A stretch of 64,000 nucleotides of DNA from Takakia lepidozioides. Lineage: Eukaryota > Plantae > Bryophyta. Below, one piece after another: positions 1 to 12,074 of the stretch (position 1 is its first letter; each line of letters starts with the position of its first letter). The translations under genes were made by a program, and so were the position numbers. The notes under the pieces were generated by a model, which worked only from the letters and a program-made list of their open reading frames with translations, ran no database searches and was not told the origin of the DNA. The stretch lies in contig CM060734.1 in assembly GCA_030704615.1 (NCBI GenBank), forward strand, positions 16,926,001 to 16,990,000. The letters are read 5' to 3'.

Positions 1-2273
1 ATGGGCACTGACCATGAGTAAGGTAGTATCTGATTGGCCACTGCCAATCTAACCATTCATCTGCACTTCCCTGCATCTCCATTGCAAATAAACTCGCATC
101 AGGTAATTGGTCGTTTACTCCTGTGGCGGGCTCTCCTGTTGTTAGGCGTGACAAATGATCGGCCACAAGATGCAAACGGCCACTCTTGTAAACAACTTCG
201 AACTCAAACTCGTGCAAGATTATTAACCACCTTGCTATCCTTCCACTTATCAAAGGTTTGTTCACCAGATGTATCAGAGCCTGGTGATCCACATAAAACA
301 TAAACTTTCTTCCCAATAGGTAATGCCTGAATTTCTTGACTGCATAAATCATTGCCAGTGCTTCTCTTTCAGTTGTGCTATAGTTACTTTCAACACTGTT
401 CATCAACCTGCTAGCATAGTACACAGGTGAATCTATATTTCCTGTAACATTTTGGGCTAACACCGCTCCCAACGCTTCCCCTGAGGCATCACAGTGAACA
501 TGAAATACTACATGTCAGTGAGGGTTAATCAGCACAGGTGTAGTTGTTACTGACAATGTAAATTCCTCAAAAGCCTGTTGACATTCAGCTGTCCATGCAA
601 ACACTGTATCTTTCTTCAGAAGCTTGCTCAATGGTGCTGCTATCTATGCATACCTTTTGACAAATCTTCTGTAATAACTGGTTTGTCCAAGGAATCTCCT
701 TAGACTCTTAACATTTACTAGTGGTGGAGAGGCTTTAATGGCCTCTGTCTTCCTGGGATCCACAAGAAGTCCCCTCTTACACACAATGTGTCCCAAAAGC
801 ACCCCTGAATTCACACAGAAAGTACACTTATCTAGATTCAGGCCCAGACCTCTCATCCTGCATCTGGCCAAACATAACTCCAATTTATGCAAGTGCTCAT
901 TCTTAGAGCTGTACACACTGAAATCATCCAAGAACACCTGCATGAAATCATCCAGATACTCATGAAAAGATTCACTTATCACTCTCTGAAAGGTTGCTGG
1001 TGCATTACAAAGTCCAAAAGGCATGACTTTGTATGCATAAGCACCCCAGTCTGTGATGAAAGTTGTCTTTCCCTGGTCTTCTTCTGCCACTTGCACTTGA
1101 TTATAACCACTGAAGCCATCCATGAATGAGTACATCTCATGGCCTGCCACAGTGTCCAATACAGCTTCTGTGAATGGCAAGGGGAAAAGATCTTTCTTCG
1201 TGCAAGCATTCAATTTCTTATAGTTCACACAAACTCTCAGTTTACCATTCTTCTTGGGAACTATCACAATGGGTGACAACCAAGTTGTATACTCTATCGA
1301 GTATATAAACTTAGCCTCAGCCAGCTTCTTGATCTCTTCTCCAATCTTTTGTGCATAGTTGGGATTCATTCTCGTAGCTCCAAGCAAATACATCTCTGTA
1401 TTTGATGAACAAACTCTTAGCTTCCTCAAAGATTTCTGGCTCCAAATCAGCCCCTACCTTCACCATCCTCGGTTCCTCTTCAGTTCCCACATTCACTTTT
1501 CTCACCTGCTCATCAGCTGTGATTGTCCAACCATTCACCACTTCATCCTGTAAACTCATAGTGGCTGGTTCCTCTAGGATTTCCATTTCTCCCTCTCTTT
1601 CTTCATAGAAATGTGGTGGGTAACTGCTTGTTTCACCTTCAATTGGTGTTGCTGTCCCTACACCACAGCAGATACATTTTAAACAACTTAGGCATTCCAG
1701 CTGCATCTCTGCAACCTGCTCCCACTTTGGGTGTACAGCGAACAGGGTAGCTTCCTGCTCCTCATCAAGTCCTCCCCTCCAGTCATACTCCCTGACCCCT
1801 CGCGGTCTTCTCGTAGCAGGTAATCTACTAGATTTCTTAGTGGTAATTTGTATCTTGTGCATCCCATCATGCACAGTTAGTAACTGGGAATTCCAGTCAT
1901 GGAATACCCTGGCCTGTTTCTGTCACGGATGTCCCAACAATAAGGAGTAAGCTTCCATGACTTCATCCATTTTCAACACAGTTACTGTGATCATAAAGAT
2001 CATCTTTTGAATCTGTATCTTAACTCCTCTTATCAATCCCAATGGCTGTACACTTCTTTGATCTGCCATTGTTACTGTAAATGGAGCTGGTTTCATGTTA
2101 CTTAGACCAAGCTTCTGCCTTAATTGGTCTGTCATGATATTCACTCCAAAGCCTCCATCTATCAGTACATCAGTTAGTTCTGTGCTTCCAATTCTCAATT
2201 GGATTACTGGCATAGAATCATCAAAGTCCATGACTTTTTCTCGCCCTTCCGGCTTCACATTATAACTGGTCAC
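1..2273 (-). pseudogene. Family A pol (protease, RT, RNase H) with frameshifts and stops
   Basis: PR VLIDGG; RT MDGFSGYNQ, MPFGLCNAPATFQR, VFLDDF. My translation below 540 gives RNase H HCDASG...YYASR...YSTTEREALA...KFRHYL. Confidence 0.92.
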
Positions 2274-2390
2274 CTTGCTGTTTCCCTGTCACATGGGCAA
2301 TTCGATTGATTGCTTGATACAGCCTGTGTCTACAATAAGGTGCCATAGCCAATAGCTGTCCAATGGTAATCTCCGCTTTGGACCAGCATA

Positions 2391-4342
2391 TTACTTCAGC
2401 CAAAGTCCCTTCATTACTCTGCATGTCTGCAGCACTTTCTTCCCTTCATCCTCACTCACTTCCTCTTCTCTTTCAGAATCAGAGGAATCTGCCATAGGAA
2501 TATCAGTACTCTTCTGCATTTCCCTTATGGTATCTGCCACTTCCTTGTGCAGTTCCTTCTCATCTCTCCAAGCCTCATCATCTTCAGGCACATCACTGCC
2601 ATCTTCATTATCATCATCTTCCTCATCTACTGGAGGTATTAGTTTGGCTTTGCTTCTCGTTACTATCATTGTACTTACTTCTGGTACAACACATGGCCTA
2701 ACCATGTGAGCTGCCACCACTGGCCCCTCATTCACAGGAGCTCTCATCTCATTCTGGTGTCTGATCCAGAATGGACAAGCTGCCTTGCGATGGCCTACCT
2801 GATTACAATAGTAACACAGTTCTTCCCCATTAGGTCCTCGCCCTTGGTCTGTTCTGGAATTGTTTTTGTAATCCTGATTCCCTGGCTGGTAATTCCCCCT
2901 TGGATTACCCTGATAATTGCCTCTGGAATTTCCTTGGTAATTCCCTCTTGAATTACCTCTCCCTTCCATGCCATTGTTATAACCACCAAGCCTACCATAG
3001 TGGTCCTGATCATTGTTTCTTCTTGGCTGGGGCTGCACTTGATGCACCCTTACTTGCCTAGGTTCTCTAGCTGTTGTCCTTCTGTTGTAGTAACAATTCT
3101 CAGTAGAATGGTTATCCATTTTACAGATAGTACAATGTTTCTCCTTCATGTGGCATTCAGTGGTGGTATGGCCTTCATTCTGGCACTTTGCACACCAAAC
3201 ACCCTTCCTCCAATGTGTTGCAGCCTCTGTGGCATACTTCTTCAAGATTTCTTCTAATCTTTTCTCATAGTTATCCCTCTTCAACTTCTCATTCCTCTTA
3301 CTCTTCCTTTTCAGCTCTTGCTCTTCTTCCTCATCTGACTCATCCTCAGAGTCCTCATCATCCCTTTTCTCTCTCCTGAGCATTCCCAATTGCTCAATTA
3401 TGTTCGCTGTTTCAAATGCCTCCTCCATTGTATTATGGGGTAACATATTCACTTTCTTTTGCAACTCTGGTCTTAGTCCACTCACAATCCAAGTCTTCTG
3501 TAAACCTGGTGCTGGTACAGCAGCCAGCTTTTTCATCATCAATTCCATCTTTTCCATATACTCCTCAACAGTTTCATGCTTCTTTTGCTTTAACTGTTGT
3601 AAACTTCCATACACTTCATCCTCAGTTTTACTTGTCCTAAACCTATTTCGGAATGCTGTATTCAAGCCATTCCAGGTTAGGAAATGATTATCAGGGAATC
3701 TTGCATACCATTCACTTGCTTTCTTGATAAGTGAACAAGGAAACAGTCTCATCTTGGCATCATCGCCATTCTCATTGTTCACAATACACATGTGCTCAAA
3801 TTGGCTAATGTGTACATCAGGATCCCCTTTTCCTGAATATATTGGAAAAGGTGGTTTTGCCCGTGTTGGTTGTAACGCCATCTGTGGCCCTACCTTCTGC
3901 CCTCTGACAGATGCTGGCCCCCTTGCTGGTGCTGGTCCTTGAGGACCTGTTGTGGTTATGGTGGAACTTCCACCAAGTGGTGGCCCCTGAGCACTCCCTG
4001 CTACTGGCCCCACTATATTCACAGTATTCCCAGCTCCAGTTGCACTACTTCCACACTCCCTGTCCCCCCAGAGCCAGATCCAGGCTGCCCACCTGATCCC
4101 CCTGAGCCGACACCTTCGTTGGCCTGTGATCCAAGTGCACCACTTGATCCAGGTCCAACGGGTTGGGATGTCCTGGTTGTAGTCTCAACCTCAGCTGTTG
4201 GGTCTATTTCTTCATACTCTTCCTCTTCCAATTTCTTCTCTCTATTTTCATCCTCCAAGTTCTGCCCTTGGGTTTCTTCTTCACTCATGTAACTCAACTG
4301 CAATGGTGTTGGAGAGTCTGAACTCTCCGTTGGCTCTGCCAC
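2391..4342 (-). CDS. gag: Family A Gag (capsid, CCHC knuckles, RGNYQG repeats)
   Basis: YSGKGDPDVHISQFE, LKQKKHETVEEY, knuckles CAKCQNEGHTTTEC and CYYCNQVGHRKAAC; frame break near 4020. Confidence 0.88.
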
Positions 4343-4700
4343 ATCCTCTCCTCTTCTTCACCTTCCGCTTCAAAAACTGGAGTTCCTGCTTTTGGTGTTC
4401 CATGCCAACTCTTATTAAAGATTTCTGTCAAATCTTTATCCAGGGATGTACCTCAGATCTTTCACCTTGTGATTGATCTTCTTCCCGTACCAATTCCCTT
4501 AATCTTTCTTGCAAAGAAAAAGAAGGAGTGGCATCCAACTCTAGTTCTTCCGGTATGGGTGATGTACTCTCTGATCTTAATGGTGTGAGAGGTCCAGATG
4601 ATTCCCCTATGTCTATTCCTCTCTCCCAAAGATATGGATAATTAGCTTTCAGATAACTTCTCTTTTTGCTGAATATCTCTGGAGTCTAGCTTCTGTTTCA

Positions 4701-5423
4701 TCACTCATGTCCCATGTCTTTCATTTCTTTAATGTGGCAATAACCAAAACTCTCTTCTGTAGTATCTCTCGTATATGCCTGGGTTCTTTCAAGCTTCAAT
4801 GCACCCTTGGCTATATTAGAAGTCTCCGTTACCATATAACCATATGGCAAACAAGTCTGGAAAGCTGTTCTTGGTGTGAGTTTGATCCACAGAATATCCT
4901 TTGGAATCCAATTCTTTACTAGTACAAGCTCTTCATGCATATGAGTATAAACATTCACCTTCCTTTCCTCCCAGCCTTCAAACTCTACTCGCTTAATGGA
5001 TAGCAATGCTATCACATAAACCAGTGTTGGTAACCAACGTGCTCTTCCTCTACAGGCCACCTGATAAATCTTTATCACTCCTTTCTCCAGACCCCACTTA
5101 GGGTCAGCATCATGCACTCTCTTAAGAATGTTTTCTTTACAACCGTCTGGCAATTCCAAGAACCTCTGAAAGAATTGTTTGGACAATCTTTCCTTCTCAG
5201 TTTCACAGGGAATTTGATTCACATCAAATTCTTTAATTCTCCAACCACCATGATCCCACCAGATGCCTGTCACATCTGGTTGTTCATGACCCAGGTCCCC
5301 AGTATGGTCGCCAAATGTCGAATGGCTTTTACTCACCCATCCCTTTGCTATCCGAGGTGGAAACTCCAAGATAGAAGAGTTCGATATCTCTAAGCACTCA
5401 GCCCGCTCAGTACTATCAGTCAT
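4701..5423 (-). CDS. Extra 240-aa ORF upstream of gag, starting inside the LTR and crossing the PBS; function unknown
   Basis: Open here; homologous but disrupted at 25125-25850. Confidence 0.6.
   Translation of the reverse strand: MTDSTERAECLEISNSSILEFPPRIAKGWVSKSHSTFGDHTGDLGHEQPDVTGIWWDHGGWRIKEFDVNQIPCETEKERLSKQFFQRFLELPDGCKENILKRVHDADPKWGLEKGVIKIYQVACRGRARWLPTLVYVIALLSIKRVEFEGWEERKVNVYTHMHEELVLVKNWIPKDILWIKLTPRTAFQTCLPYGYMVTETSNIAKGALKLERTQAYTRDTTEESFGYCHIKEMKDMGHE
5296..5313 (-). promoter_or_regulatory. Primer-binding site TGGCGACCATACTGGGGA (probably tRNA-Arg)
   Basis: Lies 2 nt after the LTR ...CA end (5316); identical to 25235-25252. Confidence 0.75.
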
Positions 5424-5949
5424 GACCTGCAGCTAGTGAATCATGGTTGTGCTTCCCATTTGTATTCCTTCTTGCCTTCATGTTATCAATTTACCTTATT
5501 TGATACTAAAGCATCAGATTGCTTCAGTATCTACTTAGTTCTAGTTAATCATGCATTCATTTCACAGCTTCACTCATGTCTCTCTACACAGTGTGATTGT
5601 ATCGAATAAGTATCAGATTATGATTTATCAGGTATTAGGCCAATGCCATGGTGACTCTAATCCGCCCTACAGTATCACTACAGCTCTGCATGTAATAGGC
5701 ATCTACTGTTCATCTTTCCTCCTTCTCTGTGCTCTCGTTCTTGCTCTCCGCCTGATCTCCTCTTCCCATGACCCAGAAGCGCTCCCCGTGAAGTAATCAT
5801 CTTTCCGTTGCCGCTCTCCTTATCTGCCCGCAAGTTGTTCTAACCACCTAACTAACTAACCGTCATCCCTGAAGTAACACGTTCCCTCTGCAGTTGTCGT
5901 TCCCTGTCTATGATAACTGTTCCCCATGTACTGTGACAGGCTGTGTCAG

Positions 5950-7333
5950 AGACACATCAGCTAGTGTGACTACCAAGGAGAGGGATTGGATCCTGCAACG
6001 AGCCAAGAGGTTCAAGTGGGAGGGGATACACCTGCTTCGAGTGTGGGAGGATGGTCGAGTGAGGATTGTGCCTCATCCAACACAGCATGCACGGTTAGTG
6101 CGGCATGCCCATGAGGAGTTGGGGCATTTTGGAGTGCGACGCACTCATAGTTTACTGCAGGGGCAGTATTGGTGGCGTGGTATGCACACAAAGGTGCAAC
6201 AGTTCGTGGCTAGGTGCATGGTGTGTGACAGAGTGCGTGCTTCATTCAACACCCCAATACCACAGTTGCATCCATTACCCATCATGGGATTGGGCTACAG
6301 GTGGAGTCTTGACTTCGCAGGGCCGTTGCCACTGACGATGCGCTACCACAAATATGTGTTGGTGATGGTGGAGCACTTCTCCAAGTGGATTAAGTTCGTT
6401 CCATTGCCTGATAAGGCTAGTGAGGGGGCTACGTATGCATTCTTAGATCGTGTGCTTAGCCGATTCGGTGCTCCAGCTGAGGTACTCATGTACCAAAGGA
6501 GAGAGTTCTTGGGGGAGTTTCAGGCTTTGTGTGATAAAACCTTGATAGACCACCGTACCACTTCTCGGGATCATCCTGAGGCCGATGGCTTGGCAGAGAG
6601 AATGGTTCAGACAGTGAAGAGGGGTTTGCGCAAGTATGGCTTGCAAAAGGGACACCTAGGAGATTGGGATCTTCAGGTACCTTGGTTAGCCATGGGCTAC
6701 AGGTTCAGCAAGCAAGCATCACTTGCCTCCTTCTCACCATATTTCCTTCTCTTTGGCCGAGAGCCAGATTTGCCTACAACTATTTGCAGGGAGGCTGCAG
6801 TAGTCCTCAACCTTGATGATCCGGATGTGTGGACACAAGCATGTGCCCAGCAGGCAGAGTTGTTCAAGAAAGTCATGCCTATGGCTTTTGAGAATCTTGC
6901 TATTGCCCAACACTGAGACACATTGAGGTATGCCACTATACGTGGAGGGGGATATCGGCTAGGTGTTTGTCGTTTCTACCCTGGGGACTATGTGTATCTG
7001 CAGCAGACAGCGCCTACGACCTTGGATGTCAGAGCAGGACGTGTGATTCTAAGGGTCAGGGAGGTGTTGTCTTCAGGAGTGTTGATTCTGGAGGGTCGAG
7101 ATGGCATGGTATGGAAAGACCATGTGCGCAATTGTGCGCTCGATGGGAAGATAGATCCCAACCTTGCAGTGGTACCTGCAGGGTTGCGTTGCATGCTATG
7201 TGGACATGCTTGTGGTGCCGTCACTATGCTGGTGTGTGATCGATGCTCAAGAGGTTGGCACATGGGATGCTTGACACCACCTCTTGAGAGGGTTCCTGAT
7301 GGAGATTGGTTATGTCCACACTGCTTGGGATAG
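5950..7333 (+). pseudogene. Family C integrase with C-terminal PHD finger (5'-truncated, internal stop at 6914)
   Basis: HEELGH..C..C zinc finger, WSLDFAGP, PEADGLAE, then a C4HC3 PHD CMLC...CDRC..GWHMGC..WLCPHC; near-identical to 58370-59773. Confidence 0.92.
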
Positions 7334-7592
7334 TGGCAGTGGATATGTCTAGTGGTAGCTAACAAGACATGGGAGGCCAAGCTCATAGGAGTTAATACCC
7401 GAGATCTCAGGCTCAAGTTCACAGGTTGCAAGATGGCGACTAACGATGGGGCAACTCTTCTACCCGGCCTCTTGATCTATCGAGTTTGAGTGTAGTAGGG
7501 ACAGTGGTGGGGACTTTGTGAGGCTATGGCCACTATCACATCTTGTGGCTACCTGGACTTAGAGGGACCTAAGCGCCAACTAGGGGGGCGAT

Positions 7593-7888
7593 TGTGATGG
7601 ACTAGTGGCTGCACTAGTGGTGGCTAGTGGTAGCCTAATGGTGGACTAGTGGCTGCACTAGTGGTGGACTAGTGGCAGCCTAGTGATGAACTAGTGGCTG
7701 CACTAGTGGTGGCTAGTGGCAGCCTAGTGGTGGGCTAGTGGCTGCACTAGTGGTGACTAGTGGTTGTCTAGTGGCAGCCTAGTGGTGCACTAGTGGTGGA
7801 CTAGTGATAGACTAGTGTTTTGTGTGCACATGTGTTGTGTGGTTTTGGACAGCGATGTAGTTGTGTAGCGATATGTATGTGCACGACA
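7593..7888 (+). repeat. Family C 3' terminal segment B (TGTG...CACGACA) with ACTAGTGG/CCTAGTGG micro-repeats
   Basis: Follows the PPT AGGGGGGCGAT (7582-7592); homologous to 60034-60221; abuts the family B LTR. Confidence 0.85.
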
Positions 7889-8244
7889 GCATCCCTCCTC
7901 CATTCATCCAAGTCGAAAAAGCAGGTGAGAATGAATCCCAGCTCCACATATGTGAAGCCTGCTGGGGCCACTAGAAACTGCGAGCTCCTGCGAGCGATGA
8001 GCTCAGGAAGAACAAAAAAACGAAGCCTAGCCAAAACAAACTACACACCCGGCATACAAGGGGTGAAAAAACCTAGGGAAGAAAACCTCACCCTGCAAGC
8101 TGGGTGGACGACAAAACATCCCATAGGAAAAACCCCAAGTGCTACAAATAGTGCAGAAAACTAGCAAGAAATGTAAAACTACGCTAAAGAAGAAGATGTC
8201 AGGGCCTGATCACGAGCTGTCCGATCTGTAGGGGTGAAAATCAC

Positions 8245-8715
8245 CTAGCGGTTCTCAACATTCAAACACATTACATCAAAAGTAAGAGTGTATGGAACAA
8301 GTAATGAAACATGAATGGAGCTCACTAAGTGAGGAGTAGAAGCATGTTGGGGAAGCAAGACATACTGTCTGCCAGGAAGAATATCAGAGATCAGGTAAGG
8401 GCCATCAATCTGACGCTTGGCCTTAGAGACCTGCTTACCAGGCTGAAGCCTTACACAAACGGACTGGCCTATCTTGAATGACTCAGAATACACAACACGC
8501 CTGTTGTAATTCTTGGCCTGAGCAGCTTGGGCAAACACAATGTTAGATTTAGTTGTTTCACGCAAACTACGTCGTCTAGCAGCCATGGAAAGCAAAAAGA
8601 CTTCCCAATTTCCAGGCTCAGTTGCGGAGACCTGCAGCCAGGAGATATGCAAAAGAGTTCTATATTTCCTACCATACAAAAGTTCAAAATGAGAAATTTT
8701 GGTATTGGGGGAAAC
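8245..8715 (-). pseudogene. Family B integrase C-terminal remnant (GPY/F region)
   Basis: SHFELLYGR, AQAAQAKNYNRR, FKIGQSV, DGPYLI, IHVSLLVPY. The integrase core and most of RNase H are deleted. Confidence 0.75.
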
Positions 8716-8735
8716 TAAGCCTCCTGCCCCTTACA

Positions 8736-9893
8736 CTACTCTGGATGATCTTGTTCCCAACAAAGCACAGCAGAGATAGCAGCTAAGTCACTAGCGTCAG
8801 TTTGTAAAATGAAATGTAAGGTAAAGTCAGGGTAGGCAAGAACAGGGGCCGAAGTCAGAGCAATCTTGAGCTTCTCAAAAGCCGAGGTTTCTGCAGTACC
8901 CCATACAAAGCGCGCATCCTTGGACAGCAAGCGAGTAAGTGGGGCAGCAAACTTGGCAAACTGAAAGATGAAACGACGATAATAGGAACCAAGACCAAGA
9001 AAAGCCTTGACACAGGTCTTGTCCCTAGGAGTAGGATAATCCCAAACAGCCTGAATCTTACGAGGATTTGGCCTGATTCCAGCAGCAGATAGCAGGTGCC
9101 CAAGGAAGTGTAGTTGTTCCATACAGAAGTCACACTTCTTGGCTTTGACTTTTAGGCCTGCAGCCCACAGTCTGCACACCACCCATTATAAGTCCAACAA
9201 GTGAGCATCAAAGGTAGTGGAGTAGATATTAATATAATCTATGTAGACTAAGGCACATTCCCAGCGAATATTGCCAAGCACAACATCCATGAGCCTCTGA
9301 AAGGTGGCAATAGCATTGCATAATCCAAAAGGCATAGTTTCGAACTGATACATGCCCATGCGACAGGCCGTGAAGGCCGTTTTCTCTTTGGCTGCCAAAG
9401 TCAAGGGCACCTGCCAGAATCCAGCTGCTAGATCTAATGACGAGAATATAGTAGCTCCATTCAATTGGTCAAGAGTCTCATTAATACGAGGCAAGGGATA
9501 CACATCCTTTTTAGTGATAGCATTTAGACGTCTAAAATCAACACAGAAGCGAGTTAAACCATCATTTTTCCCTACCAAGACAATGGGACTGGCCCAAGGC
9601 AAGATTGAGGGTGTGATGACACCTGCGTCCAACATTTTGGTAATCTCTTCTTGAATAACATTTTTTTCTCGCACACTCTCTCGGTAGGCATACTGTTTGA
9701 TAGGCTTACCTTCAGTGATGATATCATGGTCCAGGATGATCGTGCGACCAAGGTCATGAGGGCCCTTGCTAAAGATATCCAGATTATTACGGAGGAAGTC
9801 ATGGAGTTGGCTGGTCTGCTGAGGTATGAGATGCTCTCCAATCGTGATGTCTTGCAAAATCTGTTGATAATGCAGCTCTTGATCTGAGGTCAA
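8736..9893 (-). pseudogene. Family B reverse transcriptase and start of RNase H
   Basis: PWASPIVLV, RFCVDFRRLN, LDLAAGFWQ, MPFGLCNA, VYIDY (degenerate YIDD), LQTDAS. Confidence 0.92.
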
Positions 9894-10299
9894 GGGAAGA
9901 CTGAGAGCAGGCCCGATAGGGGGTTGCTATTCCATGAGCTCATGAGCCATGAGCTCATGAGCGGGCATGGCTCACCCATGAGCCGCAAAGTAACACACTT
10001 CGAATTTCGGCAGATTTTTTTCGGGCCCAAAACTATAAAATAATCGAAAGTAGTATAAGAAGAGAAGGTTTTTGAAGATTTCCGCGCTCATGCTGGAAGC
10101 ACTCCGCTCATAAGTACCAGTGTCCGCTCATGACTTGGAGCCCAGGCTCATGGACTGCCAGGCCAGGTCATAGAAAAACTGAATTCTAGGCAATAACGGC
10201 ACCGAAATTATCTCAGAGGCAGAGACGCAAGCGGAATTAGGATCCGGGTTTGCAGACTCCAAAAACGCAATGGCGACCTATAACCATGGATAATACAGT

Positions 10300-10620
10300 C
10301 GCAGAAGTGCAGGAAGGTTGGGTATAACGGCGCCGTAATTGGGCACAAGAAAAGAAATAGCCGGCTGAAGGCTCGGGAGTGAAGCCAATAACGGTGCCGA
10401 AATTGGGCTCCGCCAACCAAATACCCGGCTGAAGCCTCCGGAGTGCAGCCAATAATGGCGCCGAAATTGGCCCCGGAAACCAAATACTCGGCTGAAGGCT
10501 GGGCAGTGCAACCAATAACGGCGCCGAAATTGGGCTCCGAAAACAAAATTCTCGGCTGAAGCTTCCGCAGTCCATCCAATAACGGCGCCAAAATTGGGCT
10601 CCGGAGAGCAAATACCCGCC
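10300..10620. repeat. Five ~64-bp tandem units, each with AATAACGGCGCCGAAATTGG or a variant
   Basis: Core starts at 10329, 10393, 10457, 10520 and 10584. Confidence 0.85.
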
Positions 10621-10838
10621 TTACGGTGAGGGAGTTTTGCAAACTCTCCTAAAACTGGTGCGGATTTGTCTAATAAAAGCACACATGTCGGAGGAAATAG
10701 AAGTTCTGCCGCATACGACATTGGCAGTGCAGCAATGATATATCCCTCTTCCGCCGGCCTCGCTCTCATTTTGCTCTTCACTCTTCTCTGTTGTGCCCAT
10801 CTCCTCCCTGCTCTGAGTTCTTGCTGTGTCGTGAGGCC

Positions 10839-11390
10839 ATGTCGTGCCCGAATCACATCTATCGACGCCAGACGGGAGTCATTGTCCTGAAAGCAGACGA
10901 CATCATTGTCTTCCTAGATGTTTACAGGGACGATTCTCGTCTTGTCCAGCTGAGAGCAATGGAGTTTCTTCCAGGATTGCACGATTCTCCTGGACCTCGG
11001 CTGGGGAGCAAGTGGTTCCTACGCATCATGGACCTGGACTTTCCGCTTGAGTGGGAGCCGAACAGATCACGCACAGCGTTGCTGTATTGCTGGAATTGTT
11101 GCGAGTGGACGTATGATGAGTGCATAGGTGAAAACTTCACGCGTGGACGGACTGGCTCGGAAAGTGGGGACATTCTCTTCAGTTATGAGGATGAGGAGGA
11201 GGGGAACACAGGGCCCACTGTGAAAATGTCCTTCTACCAAGGGGGTGCTATCGATAAACACGACATCCTCGTTAGTTTCAACCGGGCGACAGAAACCGCT
11301 GACATTTTGTTCAAATATTGGCACCCGGTCACTCAGGAGGTCCTTGAGAGGCCAGTTCGAGTTCCTTCTTCTTGGGCGAGGGGACCATAG
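10839..11390 (+). CDS. Orphan 183-aa ORF in MULE-1, convergent with the transposase
   Basis: Uninterrupted ATG-TAG ORF with globular, beta-rich composition; no motif recognised. Confidence 0.55.
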   Translation: MSCPNHIYRRQTGVIVLKADDIIVFLDVYRDDSRLVQLRAMEFLPGLHDSPGPRLGSKWFLRIMDLDFPLEWEPNRSRTALLYCWNCCEWTYDECIGENFTRGRTGSESGDILFSYEDEEEGNTGPTVKMSFYQGGAIDKHDILVSFNRATETADILFKYWHPVTQEVLERPVRVPSSWARGP

Positions 11391-12074
11391 GTCTTGCATG
11401 CTAGAGTATACATGTTTCGACTCGCCGACACTCATGGCACATACATTTTGATTCAGAAATCAAGTAGCTTCCCTGTGCCATATGGGCAATATACATGCTT
11501 GGATAATCTTCTGTTAAGGTTTTTTGCAATTCACTGCCAGTATGCTGGGACGTGTCCTTTGTCGTATGGATTGCTGTTTGCATAAGGTGCAGTATGCAAA
11601 TGCTAGAATGTGCAGTAGGACCCTTCCCACTGGGACACAGAACTAGCAATCTTGTAAAGGCATCACATTTGCATAACACTGACAATGTATTGGTAGCAAA
11701 TTGGAGTCTTCTCATAAAGGTGGACGAAAACGCCAGGATGGGCTGCGAAATCACCACAGATTGAATGAAGAGCAGTAACAAAGAAGCACTATGCAGTATA
11801 CAGACCAATAACGGCGCTGAAATAGGCCTCAATGCCCGTGTATCTCCACACAATGTATGCTTTACTCGGATCCATTTATAGACAACCAAAATAAAAAAAA
11901 ACATGCGCATGCCATTCACGGCCAAAAACCACATTCTCATGTATTGCGGCACCGAAATGCACCTGGAGCCATGGCGGTGCGGCACCACCAAATGTATAAT
12001 TCCTCACAAAAAAATAGGGTGCAAGAAGATGAATGTAATATAATTGCCACTTTCTCCTTCCCGAATGTGGAATG

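Larger units (their letters stand above)
1..5948 (-). mobile_element. Ty3/Gypsy LTR retrotransposon family A, copy 1 (degenerate; runs off the window start, 5' LTR truncated)
   Basis: Minus-strand order is LTR remnant, PBS, extra ORF, gag, PR, RT, RNase H. It is closely similar to 24306-36703. Confidence 0.93.

Noticed and set aside
9914-9927. 14-bp direct repeat CGATAGGGGGTTGC at both MULE-1 ends as a long TSD or target-mimic signal
   Set aside because: It overlaps the TIR G-run, and MULE-2 shows an ordinary 8-bp TSD, so it is probably a coincidence that only blurs the boundary.
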